Below the pieces are notes generated by a model. It made no database searches. It was not told the DNA's origin and saw only the letters and a program-made list of their open reading frames with translations. 64,000 nucleotides of DNA from Candidatus Lambdaproteobacteria bacterium RIFOXYD2_FULL_50_16 (lineage in GTDB: Bacteria > SAR324 > XYD2-FULL-50-16), in contig MFNE01000046.1 in assembly GCA_001783695.1 (NCBI GenBank), positions 30,143 to 94,142 of the forward strand, in the 5' to 3' direction. Positions within the stretch are counted from its first letter, which is position 1; each line of letters opens with the position of its first letter. A program made the translations under genes and the position numbers. Positions 30,237-41,393 of this stretch are shown piece by piece.

Positions 30237-30856
30237 TTGAGCAACCTCCCTTCGATGTCTTTCATGGCGTCTTTAGTCACCACCAATTGGTCGTGGCGGA
30301 GCGCCTCGTAAACGTTTAAGCCAGACAAATGGGTTACCGTCAGCTGTTGTAAGTTGCGGCTTGCCAACGTGAAGTTGCGATCCTCTTCTTTAAAAACCAC
30401 TAAGGCTTTAGTGATCTTCATCGCGTCCAAGATCCGAGTCAGGTCCTTGGTTTTGGGTCCGTCGAGCTTCAGGTTGTCCACGACTACTAATTTGCCTTGG
30501 CGAATCTTTTCCGAAATCACCGAGCACAAAGCTTTCTTTTTGACTTGCTTGTTGATTTTGATCGAGTGGTCACGAACCACAGGTCCAAAAACAATCCCCC
30601 CGTGTCGCCGATGAGGAGCCTTCACGTCGCCTTGGCGAGCGTTACCGGTCCCTTTTTGGCGGAACAGTTTGCGAGTCGAACCCGCGACTTCAGCGCGAGT
30701 TTTGACTTTGTGGTTGCCCGAGCGCTGTTTGGCCAAGACCTCTACCACGGCGTCCTTGATCACAAAGGGATTCAAGGGAGCCTGGGCGACTTGATCAGCA
30801 ATTTCTAGGTTGCCAGCGTCCTGATTTTTAAGATTTACTACGTTAATAACAGCCAT
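30233..30856 (-). CDS. rplD: 50S ribosomal protein L4
   Basis: KTRAEVAG, RQKGTGNARQG and GGIVFGP. Confidence 0.97.
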   Translation of the reverse strand: MAVINVVNLKNQDAGNLEIADQVAQAPLNPFVIKDAVVEVLAKQRSGNHKVKTRAEVAGSTRKLFRQKGTGNARQGDVKAPHRRHGGIVFGPVVRDHSIKINKQVKKKALCSVISEKIRQGKLVVVDNLKLDGPKTKDLTRILDAMKITKALVVFKEEDRNFTLASRNLQQLTVTHLSGLNVYEALRHDQLVVTKDAMKDIEGRLLK

Positions 30857-30875
30857 TGCCGTCCTTACTCGCTAA

Positions 30876-31184
30876 CTACTTAAGTTTGATATCCACTTGC
30901 ACGCCAGCCGAAACATCTAGTTTCATTAACGAATCCATCGTCTGGGCGGTCGTGTTGGTGATATAAAGCAAACGTTTATGGGTATGAATCTTAAATTGTT
31001 CGCGGCTCTTCTTATCCACGTGAGGGGAACGAAGGACGCAGAACGATTGCCTCTTGGTCGGCAAGGGGATAGGGCCCACTACTTGAGCCCCAGTCCGCTT
31101 GACAATCGAGACGATCTCTTTGACAGCTTTGTCCAGTTGGTCTGGATCGAAAGCCTTAAAATTTACTCGGATCTTCTCGGTCAT
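30876..31184 (-). CDS. rpsJ: 30S ribosomal protein S10
   Basis: GPIPLPT and [13 protein letters not shown]; ATG at 31184. Confidence 0.97.
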   Translation of the reverse strand: MTEKIRVNFKAFDPDQLDKAVKEIVSIVKRTGAQVVGPIPLPTKRQSFCVLRSPHVDKKSREQFKIHTHKRLLYITNTTAQTMDSLMKLDVSAGVQVDIKLK

Positions 31185-31188
31185 AACC

Positions 31189-32388
31189 TTACTCGATGAT
31201 CTGGGAAACGGTCCCCGCACCTACGGTACGTCCGCCTTCGCGAATTGCGAAGCGTTGGCCCGGCTGCATGGCGATCGAGTTAATCAACTGTACGGTCATG
31301 GTCACCCGGTCCCCAGGCATTACCATCTCGATGCCCGCGGGCAGTTCGATGGTGCCGGTTACGTCGGTGGTCCTAAAGTAGAACTGTGGCCGATAGTTGC
31401 TGAAAAACGGGGTATGGCGACCACCTTCTTCCTTGCTAAGTACGTAAACTTCAGCAGTAAATTTGGTGTGCGGAGTAATCGAGCCGACCTTACAGATAAC
31501 TTGGCCCCGTTCGATATCTTCGCGCTTGGTGCCCCGAAGAAGAATCCCTACGTTGTCGCCCGCTTGGCCTTGATCTAAGAGCTTGCGGAACATCTCAACG
31601 CCAGTAACGGTAGTTTTTTGGGTAGCGCGAATCCCTACGATCTCAACTTCCTGGCCAACCTTAACGATCCCTTGATCAATCCGGCCAGTGGCTACGGTAC
31701 CACGACCAGAAATCGAGAATACGTCTTCAACAGCCATCATAAAGTCTTTATCGATCTCGCGAACCGGATCGGGAATGAAGCTGTCGATGGCGGCAATTAA
31801 GTCGATCATCGGCTTGTATTCAGGAGCATTGGGGTCGGTCGAGGTTGACTCAGCAGCGTTAAGAGCAGAGCCCTTAATAATCGGAGTCTCGTCGCCAGGG
31901 AAATCGTAATACGAAAGCAATTCGCGGATTTCCATTTCTACTAATTCCAAAAGTTCCTCGTCGTCCACCTGATCTACTTTGTTCAGGAACACTACAATAT
32001 AAGGAACGCCAACCTGCTTAGCCAAAAGGATGTGTTCGCGGGTCTGGGGCATCGGGCCATCGGCAGCCGATACAACCAAGATCGCGCCGTCCATTTGAGC
32101 CGCACCGGTAATCATGTTTTTTACATAGTCAGCGTGGCCGGGGCAGTCAACGTGGGCATAATGCCTAGTTGCCGACTCATACTCTACGTGAGCAGTAGCG
32201 ATGGTGATACCGCGTTCGCGCTCTTCTGGAGCTGCGTCGATATCGCCGTAAGCTTTGGCTTCCGCTCGCCCTAGGAAAGAGCTGACCTTGGTAATCATCG
32301 CAGTCAGGGTAGTCTTGCCATGGTCCACGTGGCCGATGGTCCCCACGTTAACGTGGGTTTTATTTCGTTTGAAGGTTTCCTTAGCCAT
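31189..32388 (-). CDS. tuf: Elongation factor Tu
   Basis: [26 protein letters not shown] and REGGRTVG. Confidence 0.99.
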   Translation of the reverse strand: MAKETFKRNKTHVNVGTIGHVDHGKTTLTAMITKVSSFLGRAEAKAYGDIDAAPEERERGITIATAHVEYESATRHYAHVDCPGHADYVKNMITGAAQMDGAILVVSAADGPMPQTREHILLAKQVGVPYIVVFLNKVDQVDDEELLELVEMEIRELLSYYDFPGDETPIIKGSALNAAESTSTDPNAPEYKPMIDLIAAIDSFIPDPVREIDKDFMMAVEDVFSISGRGTVATGRIDQGIVKVGQEVEIVGIRATQKTTVTGVEMFRKLLDQGQAGDNVGILLRGTKREDIERGQVICKVGSITPHTKFTAEVYVLSKEEGGRHTPFFSNYRPQFYFRTTDVTGTIELPAGIEMVMPGDRVTMTVQLINSIAMQPGQRFAIREGGRTVGAGTVSQIIE

Positions 32389-32448
32389 CTTCTTCTTCTC
32401 TCTGGTTAATCCTTAAATGAGCTAAAAACGCTCAACCAAAATAATCGG

Positions 32449-34500
32449 TTACGAAACAACTTTTTCATACCGATCAAACATCATGGAAAATGTAGCACGC
32501 CCCTGACTTAAGGAACGTAAGCTGGTAAGATATCCAAACATTGTGGATAATGCAACCCCTACGTGGATAACTTGCACAGTTTTTTTATCTTCGATGCTTT
32601 GAACCCTTCCTTTACGGGCGTTCAAGTCGCCGATGATGTCCCCCATGAACTCAGGTGGGGTGGTGACCTCAACCTTCATGATGGGCTCCAGCTGGGTGGG
32701 TGTTCCGGCCAGCAAGGCCTTACGCAGAGCCAATCCAGCAGCAATTTTAAAGGCCTGGGGGTTAAAGGCGTCTTCCCTTATATCCAAGCTACTAATTCGA
32801 GCGACCAAGTTAATCACCGGGTATCCGGCGAGTACGCCCGAAGCTAATCCTTCCTCTAACCCTTCTTTTAATAAGGGCGCCAGCTGGATTTCCAAGGGAG
32901 TTCCCGCGCTTACCTCAACGCGGTTGGCTTCTCCAGGGCCTAAAGGCTCTAGTTCCACCTCTACCTTGGCCCATGTGGGCTTGCCCAAGAGGGGCTTATC
33001 GAAAATCTCGCTGGCCTTGATTCGGTTTAACACCGTCTCGCGGTAGGCCACCTGGGGCTTTCCCGTATTTACGGAAAGCTTGAACTCTCGATTTAAGCGG
33101 TCAACTAATATATCTAAGTGTAACTCCCCCATGCCTGAAACCAAAATTTGCCCGGTTTCTGGGTCTCGGCCTACCGAGACGCTGGGGTCTTCTTTTTCTA
33201 ACTTGGCCAAGGCCTCATTTAGTTTATCCTGATCGGCCTTGGTTTTAGGCTCGATGGCGATGGATATAACCGGGATGGGCAGGGAGATCTTCTCTAAGAG
33301 GATCTCTTCATTTTTTCTGGCTAAGGTGTCACCAGTGGTGCTGAAGTTAAGCCCCACCACCGCCACGATATCCCCGGCTTGAGCTAGATCAATCTCTTCA
33401 CGCTTGTTGGCGTGCATTTGAAAGATCTTGCCAATCCGTTCCTTCTTTTCCTTGCCTACATTATATAGTTGCTCACCAGTCTTTAAAAAACCTGAATACA
33501 CCCGAAGGTAACTCAAACTGCCGACAAACGGGTCGGACTGGATTTTAAAAACCAAAGCCGCCAAGGGTTCTTCTGCGTCCGCATGCCGGGTCAGCGGCTG
33601 GTGGGACACAGGGTCCATCCCTTGAATGGCGGATACTTCTACCGGAGAGGGCAAATAATCAACCACCCCATCCAAAAGGGGCTGAACCCCTTTATTTTTA
33701 AAGGCCGACCCAGCAAACACTGGGGTAAAACGGTTGGCTAAGGTCCCAATTCTTAGGGCCTGGCGAATTTCTTCAGGATTTAGCTCTTCGCCCTCTAGGG
33801 CCTTTTCTAAGAGTCGGTCATCCAATGCGGTTACTGCGTCAATCAGAGCTTCTCTGGCTTTTGAGGCCAACTGGGCAAGTGCTTCGGGGATAACCTCAAC
33901 CCGGTACTCACTGCCCTGATTGTCTTCGATGAAATACAAAGCCTTCATCTCGACTAGATCAATCACCCCTTCAAACCGTTCTTCTTCCCCAATGGGCAGG
34001 TTAACGGCGATGGGCTGGGTATGTAGTATCTGGGCCATTTGGTCCAATACTGACTTAAAGTCAGCCCCTACCCGGTCCATCTTGTTGACAAAAGCCAACC
34101 TGGGCACCCCATAGTGATCGGCCTGTCTCCAGACCGTTTCAGATTGGGGCTGCACCCCCGAAACGGCGCAAAACACCACCACTGCACCATCGAGAACCCT
34201 AAGGCTGCGTTCCACCTCAACGGTGAAATCGACATGCCCAGGGGTGTCGATAATATTAATCTGGTAACTGCGGTCCAGACGCTTCCAAAAACAGGTAGTT
34301 GCGGCGGCGGTTATCGTAATCCCCCGCTCCTGCTCTTGGGCCATCCAGTCCATGGTTGCAGCACCATCGTGGACTTCGCCGATTTTGTGGCTTCTGCCAG
34401 TGTAGAAGAGAATTCTCTCTGTGGTGGTCGTCTTTCCCGCATCTATATGGGCAATGATCCCAATGTTGCGGAGCTGCGAAAGCTCGGACTCACCTTTCAT
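32449..34500 (-). CDS. fusA: Elongation factor G family protein with divergent domain IV (spdEFG2/EF-G2-like)
   Basis: [24 protein letters not shown] and GMGELHL; located in the str operon; domain IV loops degenerate. Confidence 0.93.
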   Translation of the reverse strand: MKGESELSQLRNIGIIAHIDAGKTTTTERILFYTGRSHKIGEVHDGAATMDWMAQEQERGITITAAATTCFWKRLDRSYQINIIDTPGHVDFTVEVERSLRVLDGAVVVFCAVSGVQPQSETVWRQADHYGVPRLAFVNKMDRVGADFKSVLDQMAQILHTQPIAVNLPIGEEERFEGVIDLVEMKALYFIEDNQGSEYRVEVIPEALAQLASKAREALIDAVTALDDRLLEKALEGEELNPEEIRQALRIGTLANRFTPVFAGSAFKNKGVQPLLDGVVDYLPSPVEVSAIQGMDPVSHQPLTRHADAEEPLAALVFKIQSDPFVGSLSYLRVYSGFLKTGEQLYNVGKEKKERIGKIFQMHANKREEIDLAQAGDIVAVVGLNFSTTGDTLARKNEEILLEKISLPIPVISIAIEPKTKADQDKLNEALAKLEKEDPSVSVGRDPETGQILVSGMGELHLDILVDRLNREFKLSVNTGKPQVAYRETVLNRIKASEIFDKPLLGKPTWAKVEVELEPLGPGEANRVEVSAGTPLEIQLAPLLKEGLEEGLASGVLAGYPVINLVARISSLDIREDAFNPQAFKIAAGLALRKALLAGTPTQLEPIMKVEVTTPPEFMGDIIGDLNARKGRVQSIEDKKTVQVIHVGVALSTMFGYLTSLRSLSQGRATFSMMFDRYEKVVS

Positions 34501-34515
34501 GATCAAAAAGTGGAA

Positions 34516-34983
34516 TTACCACATATAGTGAGCAAAAGCCCTGTTGGCTTCGGCCATTTTATGGGTATCCTCTTTCTTTTTAACCGCGGCGCCCCGTCCT
34601 TGGAAAGCGTCGTTTAGTTCAGCAGCCAAATTGGCAGACATGGATTTTTCGTTCCTTGCCCGAGCTGCGTCAATAGTCCAGCGAATGGCCAAAGCCAAGC
34701 GCCGGTCATCGCGCACTTCCACCGGAATCTGATAGGTCGAACCACCCACACGGCGGCTGCGGACTTCCAAAGTCGGCTGGACGTTTTTAATCGCCTCGTA
34801 AAACACATCAATTCCCTTGCGGTCATCGGTGGTTAAAGACTCTAAGGCAGAATAAATAATCCGTTCGGCGGTGGACTTCTTGCCGCCGCGCATTAGGCAG
34901 TTAACAAACTTGGCCACAGAGTGGCTTTTGTATTTCGAATCCTGTTCGATTTGCCGTTTTTCGGCGTGGTGTCGTCTGGACAT
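34516..34983 (-). CDS. rpsG: 30S ribosomal protein S7
   Basis: [11 protein letters not shown] and [12 protein letters not shown]. Confidence 0.98.
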   Translation of the reverse strand: MSRRHHAEKRQIEQDSKYKSHSVAKFVNCLMRGGKKSTAERIIYSALESLTTDDRKGIDVFYEAIKNVQPTLEVRSRRVGGSTYQIPVEVRDDRRLALAIRWTIDAARARNEKSMSANLAAELNDAFQGRGAAVKKKEDTHKMAEANRAFAHYMW

Positions 34984-34986
34984 GGA

Positions 34987-35355
34987 TTATCCTTTTTTGG
35001 CGCCGTATTTCGAGCGCCCCTGCTTTCGGTTGTTGACGCCCTGAGCATCCAGGGTACCGCGGATGATGTGATAGCGAACACCAGGTAAGTCTTTAACCCG
35101 GCCACCACGGATCATTACGACCGAGTGTTCTTGCAGGTTGTGTCCGACACCTGGGATGTAAGAGGTCACCTCAAAGCCATTGCTTAAGCGAACCCTGGCC
35201 ACTTTCCGCAAAGCCGAGTTAGGCTTCTTGGGGGTAGTGGTGTAAACGCGGGTGCAAACACCACGGCGTTGCGGGCAAGCCTGCAAAGCAGGTACCTTGT
35301 TTTTATCAATGATCTTTTTACGGCCCTTTCGGACTAATTGATTCAGCGTAGGCAT
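34987..35355 (-). CDS. rpsL: 30S ribosomal protein S12
   Basis: [11 protein letters not shown] and [12 protein letters not shown]. Confidence 0.99.
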   Translation of the reverse strand: MPTLNQLVRKGRKKIIDKNKVPALQACPQRRGVCTRVYTTTPKKPNSALRKVARVRLSNGFEVTSYIPGVGHNLQEHSVVMIRGGRVKDLPGVRYHIIRGTLDAQGVNNRKQGRSKYGAKKG

Positions 35356-35622
35356 TGGCCTTTTTTGACAAGTATTTCTCGGGTAAACCCCATAGTTTTC
35401 CCGGACTATAGCCGGGCTTCTGTGCGAAGTGATCTAGGGAACCTAGCAAAGGGCTTTTTTGATGGCAAGCACTTTTTTTATTTATGCCTTTTTTTTATGT
35501 GCTCCGCCTGTTTAGAAGGCCTAAGCCAAAGGTTATTAAATATTTAAACCTTTTCTCCTTCGCAAAAGAAAAAATATCCCTTATATATAGGTCTAACTTT
35601 TTACCAGTCCTTTGAGGTGACC

Positions 35623-36462
35623 ATGGAATACCTGATTCTGGAACAGCGAAACTCCAAGAAGTCAAAATTACCCGCCCAACTCGATATGATGCAAAGCCTG
35701 ACAGGGCTTGCCTTGGGGGCCTTTATTATGGCCCATATCTTGTTTGTTTCGGCGATTTTGGCTGGCCCAGCCGCTGCCTACTGGGTGGACAAAATGCTCG
35801 AAGCCAGCTTTTTGGACCCTACCGGCCATGGCTATCCCGCCCTGACCAGTTTGGCGGCCTTTGTTATCTTGGTTACCTTTGTGATCCACGCGGCTTTGGC
35901 GGTGCGAAAATTTCCGGCCAGTTGGAAACGCTACCGTATCTTAAAGGATCAGATCGATCATCTCAAACACGACGAGACTCACCTTTGGTGGTATCAAGTG
36001 CAGACGGGCTTTATCCTCTTTTTTGCCGGATCGGCCCATGTAATCAGTATGATGTTTAACCCTGGCCAGATCGGTCCTTTCCAGGCAGCCCAGCGGTATT
36101 ATACTCATCATATGTGGATCTTTTATTTGATCCTACTTTGGGCAGTGGTGATCCATGCTTCGATTGGTATTTATCGGGCCTTGGTGAAGTGGGGCTGGCT
36201 TCCTGGCGACGTACGTCGATCCAGAAAGGTCGCCCAGACCCTAAGAAGAATATTTGCGGTATTGTACCTTATAATCGGCAGCTTGAGTATTATCTTCTTT
36301 GTTCGCCTAGGAATGCGATTGGGCGATGAACCCATACGGTTTGAACCCTTCATGCAGTTCCATCACCAGCTGATGGAAAAACAGATGCATCACCCAATGC
36401 CAGAAGAAGCAATGCCCCTACCCGAGGGTTCGGAGATGCCCATGCCCAGCCAACATCCCTAA
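35623..36462 (+). CDS. frdC: Fumarate reductase/succinate dehydrogenase diheme cytochrome b subunit (Wolinella-type)
   Basis: PAQLDMMQSLTGL, HAALAVRKFP and IHASIGIYRALVKWGW; four heme-ligand His; five predicted TM helices. Confidence 0.92.
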   Translation: MEYLILEQRNSKKSKLPAQLDMMQSLTGLALGAFIMAHILFVSAILAGPAAAYWVDKMLEASFLDPTGHGYPALTSLAAFVILVTFVIHAALAVRKFPASWKRYRILKDQIDHLKHDETHLWWYQVQTGFILFFAGSAHVISMMFNPGQIGPFQAAQRYYTHHMWIFYLILLWAVVIHASIGIYRALVKWGWLPGDVRRSRKVAQTLRRIFAVLYLIIGSLSIIFFVRLGMRLGDEPIRFEPFMQFHHQLMEKQMHHPMPEEAMPLPEGSEMPMPSQHP

Positions 36463-36480
36463 CCGGTCAGGAGACCCAAT

Positions 36481-38445
36481 ATGAAGATTATCTATACAGA
36501 TCATTTGGTTATCGGTGGGGGTTTGGCCGGACTAAGGACCGCTATCGCTACTAAAGAGCGGGGTTTAGAGACCATCGTTATTAGCTTAGTGCCCGCCAAA
36601 AGGAGCCATTCAGCCGCCGCCCAAGGGGGCATGCAGGCTAGCTTGGGCAGCACGGTAATGGGCTACGGTGACGATGAAGACGTGCATTTCGGTGACACTG
36701 TGCGGGGCTCAGACTGGGCCTGCGACCAAGAGGTGGCCCGGATGTTTGTTAATACGGCCCCCAAAGCGATTCGCCAAATGGCCCTTTGGGGGGTTCCTTG
36801 GAGCCGGGTGGAAGCCGGGGATCACCAAGCCGTAATCAACGCCAAAAAGGTGACTTTGACCGAGCGCAAAGAAGCACACGGGTTGATTACTGCCCGTGAC
36901 TTCGGAGGCACCAAAAAATGGCGGACTAACTATACCTCTGACGGAACCGGCCATTCGATGTTGTACGCCATGGACAACCGGGCGATTCAGTTAAAAATTC
37001 CGATCCATGAACGCAAAGAGGCGATTGCCCTGATCCATGAAGGGGGTCGCTGTTACGGCGCGGTGGTGCGCGACATGATCACCGGCAGATTAACCGCCTA
37101 CGTGGCTAAAGCGACCACCATCGCCACTGGCGGGTATGGAAGGCTCTACTCGGTGAGTACTAACGCCATTATTTGTGAAGGGTTAGGACAGGCGATTGCG
37201 CTAGAGACCGGGCAAGTGCCCTTAGGTAATATGGAAGCGGTCCAGTTCCACCCCACTGCCATTGTCCCGGCGGGAATCTTGGTTACCGAAGGCTGCCGAG
37301 GCGACGGAGGGTTACTTAAAGATATAGACGGGTATCGTTTTATGCCCGACTACGAGCCAGATAAAAAAGAGCTCGCTAGCCGCGATGTGGTCAGCCGCAG
37401 GATGACCGAACATATCCGCAAAGGCAAAGGGGTGCCTTCGCCTTATGGGCAACACCTCTGGCTGGACATCACCATTTTGGGTCGGACCCATATCGAAAAA
37501 AACCTGCGTGAGGTCCACGACATTTGTAAGTATTTCCTAGGGATTGACCCATCGAGCGGTTATATCCCGGTCAGACCTACCCAGCACTACTCAATGGGCG
37601 GCATTCGCACCGACGCCAAGGGCCATGCTTACGGGATGAAAGGGTTGTTTTCCGCTGGGGAGGCGGCCTGTTGGGATCTACACGGCTTTAACCGCCTTGG
37701 AGGAAACTCGGTTGCAGAAACCGTGGTTGCTGGGATGTTGGTAGGTGAGCATGTGGCTGATTACTGCCAGAGCCATGAGATTGATATCCGTACCCAAGTG
37801 GTCGAATTTTTCTTAAAACGAGAGCAAGACAATATTGACCAACTCTTAGGCAGGGATAAAGGCGAAAACCCGTGGGATTTAAAGACCCGGATGCAAGAGA
37901 TTATGATGGAGCATGTCGGTATCTTCCGTAATGGCCCAGACCTGCAAAAAGGGGTGGACGAGTTAGAAGCGATGATGGGGCGTTGTCAAAACATTGCGGT
38001 TAAAACCAAAGCTGTTGGGGCCAATGCCGAATTGGCCGAGGCGCTTAAAGTGCCTCGCATGATCAAGCTAGCCCTATGTGTTGCCTATGGGGCGCTTCAG
38101 CGCACCGAATCCAGAGGCGCCCACGCCCGCGAGGATTATCCTGAACGGGATGATTCCAAATGGCTAAAGCGCACCCTGGCTTACTGGCGCGATGAAAAGG
38201 CTTTGTTGCCAAACTTGGAATACGAGGTTTTAGACCCGATGAAAATGGAACTTCCTCCCGGCTGGCGGGGTTATGGGAAGCACAATATCATCGACCATCC
38301 TCAAACCGCTGAACGCTTGGCTCAGGTGGATAAATTGAAGGCCGAGATTAAAGATCGCCACGAGTTACAAAAGGCGTTAATGCCCGTTGAATTACCTCCG
38401 CGTTACGATGCCAAAAACGAACGGATTTTCCGAGGGACCGACTGA
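36481..38445 (+). CDS. frdA: Fumarate reductase flavoprotein subunit
   Basis: [16 protein letters not shown] (covalent FAD His), [30 protein letters not shown] and ESRGAH. Confidence 0.96.
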   Translation: MKIIYTDHLVIGGGLAGLRTAIATKERGLETIVISLVPAKRSHSAAAQGGMQASLGSTVMGYGDDEDVHFGDTVRGSDWACDQEVARMFVNTAPKAIRQMALWGVPWSRVEAGDHQAVINAKKVTLTERKEAHGLITARDFGGTKKWRTNYTSDGTGHSMLYAMDNRAIQLKIPIHERKEAIALIHEGGRCYGAVVRDMITGRLTAYVAKATTIATGGYGRLYSVSTNAIICEGLGQAIALETGQVPLGNMEAVQFHPTAIVPAGILVTEGCRGDGGLLKDIDGYRFMPDYEPDKKELASRDVVSRRMTEHIRKGKGVPSPYGQHLWLDITILGRTHIEKNLREVHDICKYFLGIDPSSGYIPVRPTQHYSMGGIRTDAKGHAYGMKGLFSAGEAACWDLHGFNRLGGNSVAETVVAGMLVGEHVADYCQSHEIDIRTQVVEFFLKREQDNIDQLLGRDKGENPWDLKTRMQEIMMEHVGIFRNGPDLQKGVDELEAMMGRCQNIAVKTKAVGANAELAEALKVPRMIKLALCVAYGALQRTESRGAHAREDYPERDDSKWLKRTLAYWRDEKALLPNLEYEVLDPMKMELPPGWRGYGKHNIIDHPQTAERLAQVDKLKAEIKDRHELQKALMPVELPPRYDAKNERIFRGTD

Positions 38446-39200
38446 TGAAATACGAAACTCAAGTACCCCAATCGTTTCGCGAGATCACCTTTAAGATCAT
38501 GCGTTATAATCCTCATCTGCCTGGAGACCAAGCGCGGATTCAGGAATATAAGCTGACCGAGGCCTTGGGGATGACCGTCTTTATCGCGCTAAACATGATT
38601 CGGGAAAACCAAGACCCGACTTTGCAATTCGATTTTGTTTGTCGAGCCGGGATTTGTGGTAGTTGCGCAATGATGATCAACGGCGAACCAAAGCTGGCCT
38701 GCCGCACCTTGACGGCCACTTACGAAAACGGCGTGATTACCTTGATGCCCATGCCCACCTTCGAACTGATTGCCGATTTGTCGGTGAACACCGGGGCGGC
38801 CATGCGGCGGATGTCGGAACGGATTGAGGGTTGGATCCATGATCCCCATCAAGACGAGCGTGACATTGCCAAGTTGGAAGAACCGATGGACCCGGCTCTT
38901 GCCGAGCATATTTACGAGTTTGAACGCTGTATTGAATGTGGGGCCTGCATGGCTGCCTGCGCTACCCGCCGGTTGCGTAAGGAGTTTTTAGGCGCTGCCG
39001 GGTTTATGCGGATCGCCCGCTTCGAGGCCGATCCCCGGGACAAACGTTCGCCAGAGGAATATTATGATCTGGTTGGTGACGAAGAAGGGGTCTTTGGATG
39101 TATGACCTTGCTTGGTTGCGAGGATTTTTGCCCTAAAGAACTCCCCCATCAAGAGCAAATCGCCCGCTTGCGTCGCAAGATGGTGGCTACTGCCCGATAA
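38445..39200 (+). CDS. frdB: Fumarate reductase iron-sulfur subunit
   Basis: CRAGICGSC, CIECGACMAAC and CMTLLGCEDFCP. Confidence 0.96.
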   Translation: MKYETQVPQSFREITFKIMRYNPHLPGDQARIQEYKLTEALGMTVFIALNMIRENQDPTLQFDFVCRAGICGSCAMMINGEPKLACRTLTATYENGVITLMPMPTFELIADLSVNTGAAMRRMSERIEGWIHDPHQDERDIAKLEEPMDPALAEHIYEFERCIECGACMAACATRRLRKEFLGAAGFMRIARFEADPRDKRSPEEYYDLVGDEEGVFGCMTLLGCEDFCPKELPHQEQIARLRRKMVATAR

Positions 39201-39211
39201 AACAGTCAAAT

Positions 39212-39232
39212 CCGGGCCCCTTTAGGGCCCGG
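39212..39232 (+). other. GC-rich hairpin after frdB (possible terminator or mRNA stabiliser)
   Basis: CCGGGCCC-CTTTA-GGGCCCGG, a perfect 8-bp stem; only a weak U-tract follows. Confidence 0.5.
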
Positions 39233-39240
39233 CGTGTCTT

Positions 39241-40104
39241 ATGCCGTTGATCCGTTTCATGCTTTATTCTGAGATATCTGTTGCCCTTTGCGCCTTGGGT
39301 TTAGGGGCGCTTGGGCAACTTATGTTAAAATCGCAAGTGGACTGGGCTATATTGGGCTTGATCTCCTCGACAACCTTTCTTTTTTATACAGCCGAACGAA
39401 ACCTCACCCGGCCCGAACCTGAGCAAGCGATTTTCCCAGAAAAAAGCCGCTGGTTGGCGGATCACCGGGGGATTAACCTGGGATTGTTGTTGGGCGGAGC
39501 TCTGTTTTCTATCGCCTTGACCCCGCGCCTCTCTTTTTCCAATCTCTTGGGTTTAGGTGGCTTCGGAGTCTTTGCCGTCTGCTATTCGATTATCCCCTTT
39601 CCAAGGTCTGTACCGGGCCAACCGCCCTTGGGACTTAAACGGTTTTCCTGGTTAAAGTCCTTCTCGATGGTGCTGGTTTGGACCTATATGACGTTATTGC
39701 TCCCTGCCCTAGAAATCGGAAATTTTTTGAGGGCGGAACTGCTGGTTTTAGGTTTAATCTGGGTGGGCTGGATATTTGGCAATAGCCTACTTTTCGATAT
39801 TCGCGACTTAGAGGTGGACCGCTTGCAAGGCTGTTTGACCTTGGCGGCCAAGCTTGGGCGAAGAAAGGCGCACCAGCTGATTTACTTTTTAGGATTTTTC
39901 GAGCTTGCCTTGATCCTTGTGTATGGGCAACTCTTTAACGAACCTTGGTCTTGGGTGATGATGTTTACCAGTTTGGCCTTTTTGGTTTTCAATCGTTTGA
40001 GTGAAAAACGGGAAACCTTGGGGCTGGGATTTTACACCCTCGCTGATCTGACCTTGATCCTGCCCACTTTGGTGTTGGGCCTCCAATATTATTCGAGTCT
40101 TTAG
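39241..40104 (+). CDS. UbiA family prenyltransferase
   Basis: Multi-TM protein with [18 protein letters not shown] Asp-rich motif and YS...LKR...KS segment. Confidence 0.75.
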   Translation: MPLIRFMLYSEISVALCALGLGALGQLMLKSQVDWAILGLISSTTFLFYTAERNLTRPEPEQAIFPEKSRWLADHRGINLGLLLGGALFSIALTPRLSFSNLLGLGGFGVFAVCYSIIPFPRSVPGQPPLGLKRFSWLKSFSMVLVWTYMTLLLPALEIGNFLRAELLVLGLIWVGWIFGNSLLFDIRDLEVDRLQGCLTLAAKLGRRKAHQLIYFLGFFELALILVYGQLFNEPWSWVMMFTSLAFLVFNRLSEKRETLGLGFYTLADLTLILPTLVLGLQYYSSL

Positions 40105-40106
40105 GT

Positions 40107-41387
40107 ATGGAAAAGTTTATTGTCAAAGGGGGCAACCGCCTTTCTGGCCACATCGAACCGGCGGGCAACAAAAACGAGGCACTGCCGGTATTGGCTGCGG
40201 TTCTTTTAACAGAAAAGCCGGTCACCATCCACAACCTGCCCCATATTGGCGATATCTCTAAAATGAAGGAGATATTAGAAAGCTTGGGGGTGGCCATTCG
40301 CCATTTAGGGGGCGGGAGTTACCAGTTTGACGCCCACAATCTCAACAGTCCTGAACCGGATCCAGAACTCTCCAAAGCTATTCGGGGCAGTTTCCTACTG
40401 GCCGCACCCTTAGCCATTCGATTTGGCCATACTAAGATCTATGAGCCTGGAGGTGATTCAATTGGCAAGAGGCGGTTAGACACCCATGTTCATGCGCTTG
40501 AGCAGTTGGGGCTTAAATTCTCAAGGCGGCAGGGTTATTATAGCGTAAAAAACAACGGGTTAAATGGGGTTGATTTGCTGCTCGATGAAGCAAGCGTAAT
40601 GGCCACCGAGCATTTGATCATGGCTGCGGTTTTAGCCAAAGGCACCACCCGCATCTATAACGCCGCCTGCGAGCCCCATGTCCAGGGGCTTTGCGAATTT
40701 CTGGTGCGGATGGGGGCAAAAATATCGGGGATCGGCAGCAACCATATTTTGATTGAGGGCGTGGAGGCGTTAGGGGAGTGCGAGTACCGCATTCAGCCTG
40801 ACCACACCGAGGTGGGCAGTTTGATTGGCTTGGCTGCGGTGACCCATTCGGAGATCACCATCGAAAAAGCGGGTTGGCGGCAGTTGGGGCAAATCTTGTC
40901 TTATTTTAGACGCTTGGGGGTTGAGGTGATCAAAAAGGGGGAGGACGACCTCTTGATCCCGGCTAAGCAAAAATTGATCATCCAAAACGATATCGACGAC
41001 AGCATCCCCAAGATCGACGACGCCCCTTGGCCCGGATTTCCGGCGGATTTGACCAGTATCATGACCATTGTCGCTACCCAGTGTAAAGGGACGGTGTTGA
41101 TCCATGAAAAATTATTTGAATCACGCCTGTTTTGGGTGGATAAGTTGATCAGTATGGGGGCCAAGATTGTGCTTTGTGATCCCCACCGGGCAGTGATAGT
41201 GGGGCCGGCGAAGTTGCGGGGCATGACCCTGTCCAGCCCCGATATCCGGGCGGGAATGGCCCTTTTGATCGCCGCCCTCTGCGCCGAGGGGACCAGCGAG
41301 ATTTATAACATCGGCCAGATAGACCGAGGTTACCAAGACATCGACCAACGGCTGCGTGCCCTTGGGGCCGAGATTCAGCGGGTTTAG
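40107..41387 (+). CDS. murA: UDP-N-acetylglucosamine 1-carboxyvinyltransferase (Asp at the fosfomycin-target Cys position)
   Basis: [36 protein letters not shown] and IDRGY. Confidence 0.96.
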   Translation: MEKFIVKGGNRLSGHIEPAGNKNEALPVLAAVLLTEKPVTIHNLPHIGDISKMKEILESLGVAIRHLGGGSYQFDAHNLNSPEPDPELSKAIRGSFLLAAPLAIRFGHTKIYEPGGDSIGKRRLDTHVHALEQLGLKFSRRQGYYSVKNNGLNGVDLLLDEASVMATEHLIMAAVLAKGTTRIYNAACEPHVQGLCEFLVRMGAKISGIGSNHILIEGVEALGECEYRIQPDHTEVGSLIGLAAVTHSEITIEKAGWRQLGQILSYFRRLGVEVIKKGEDDLLIPAKQKLIIQNDIDDSIPKIDDAPWPGFPADLTSIMTIVATQCKGTVLIHEKLFESRLFWVDKLISMGAKIVLCDPHRAVIVGPAKLRGMTLSSPDIRAGMALLIAALCAEGTSEIYNIGQIDRGYQDIDQRLRALGAEIQRV

Positions 41388-41393
41388 CAACCG

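Noticed and set aside
17439-35108. Many short ORFs overlapping ribosomal protein genes
   Set aside because: Antisense or alternate-frame artefacts of conserved genes.
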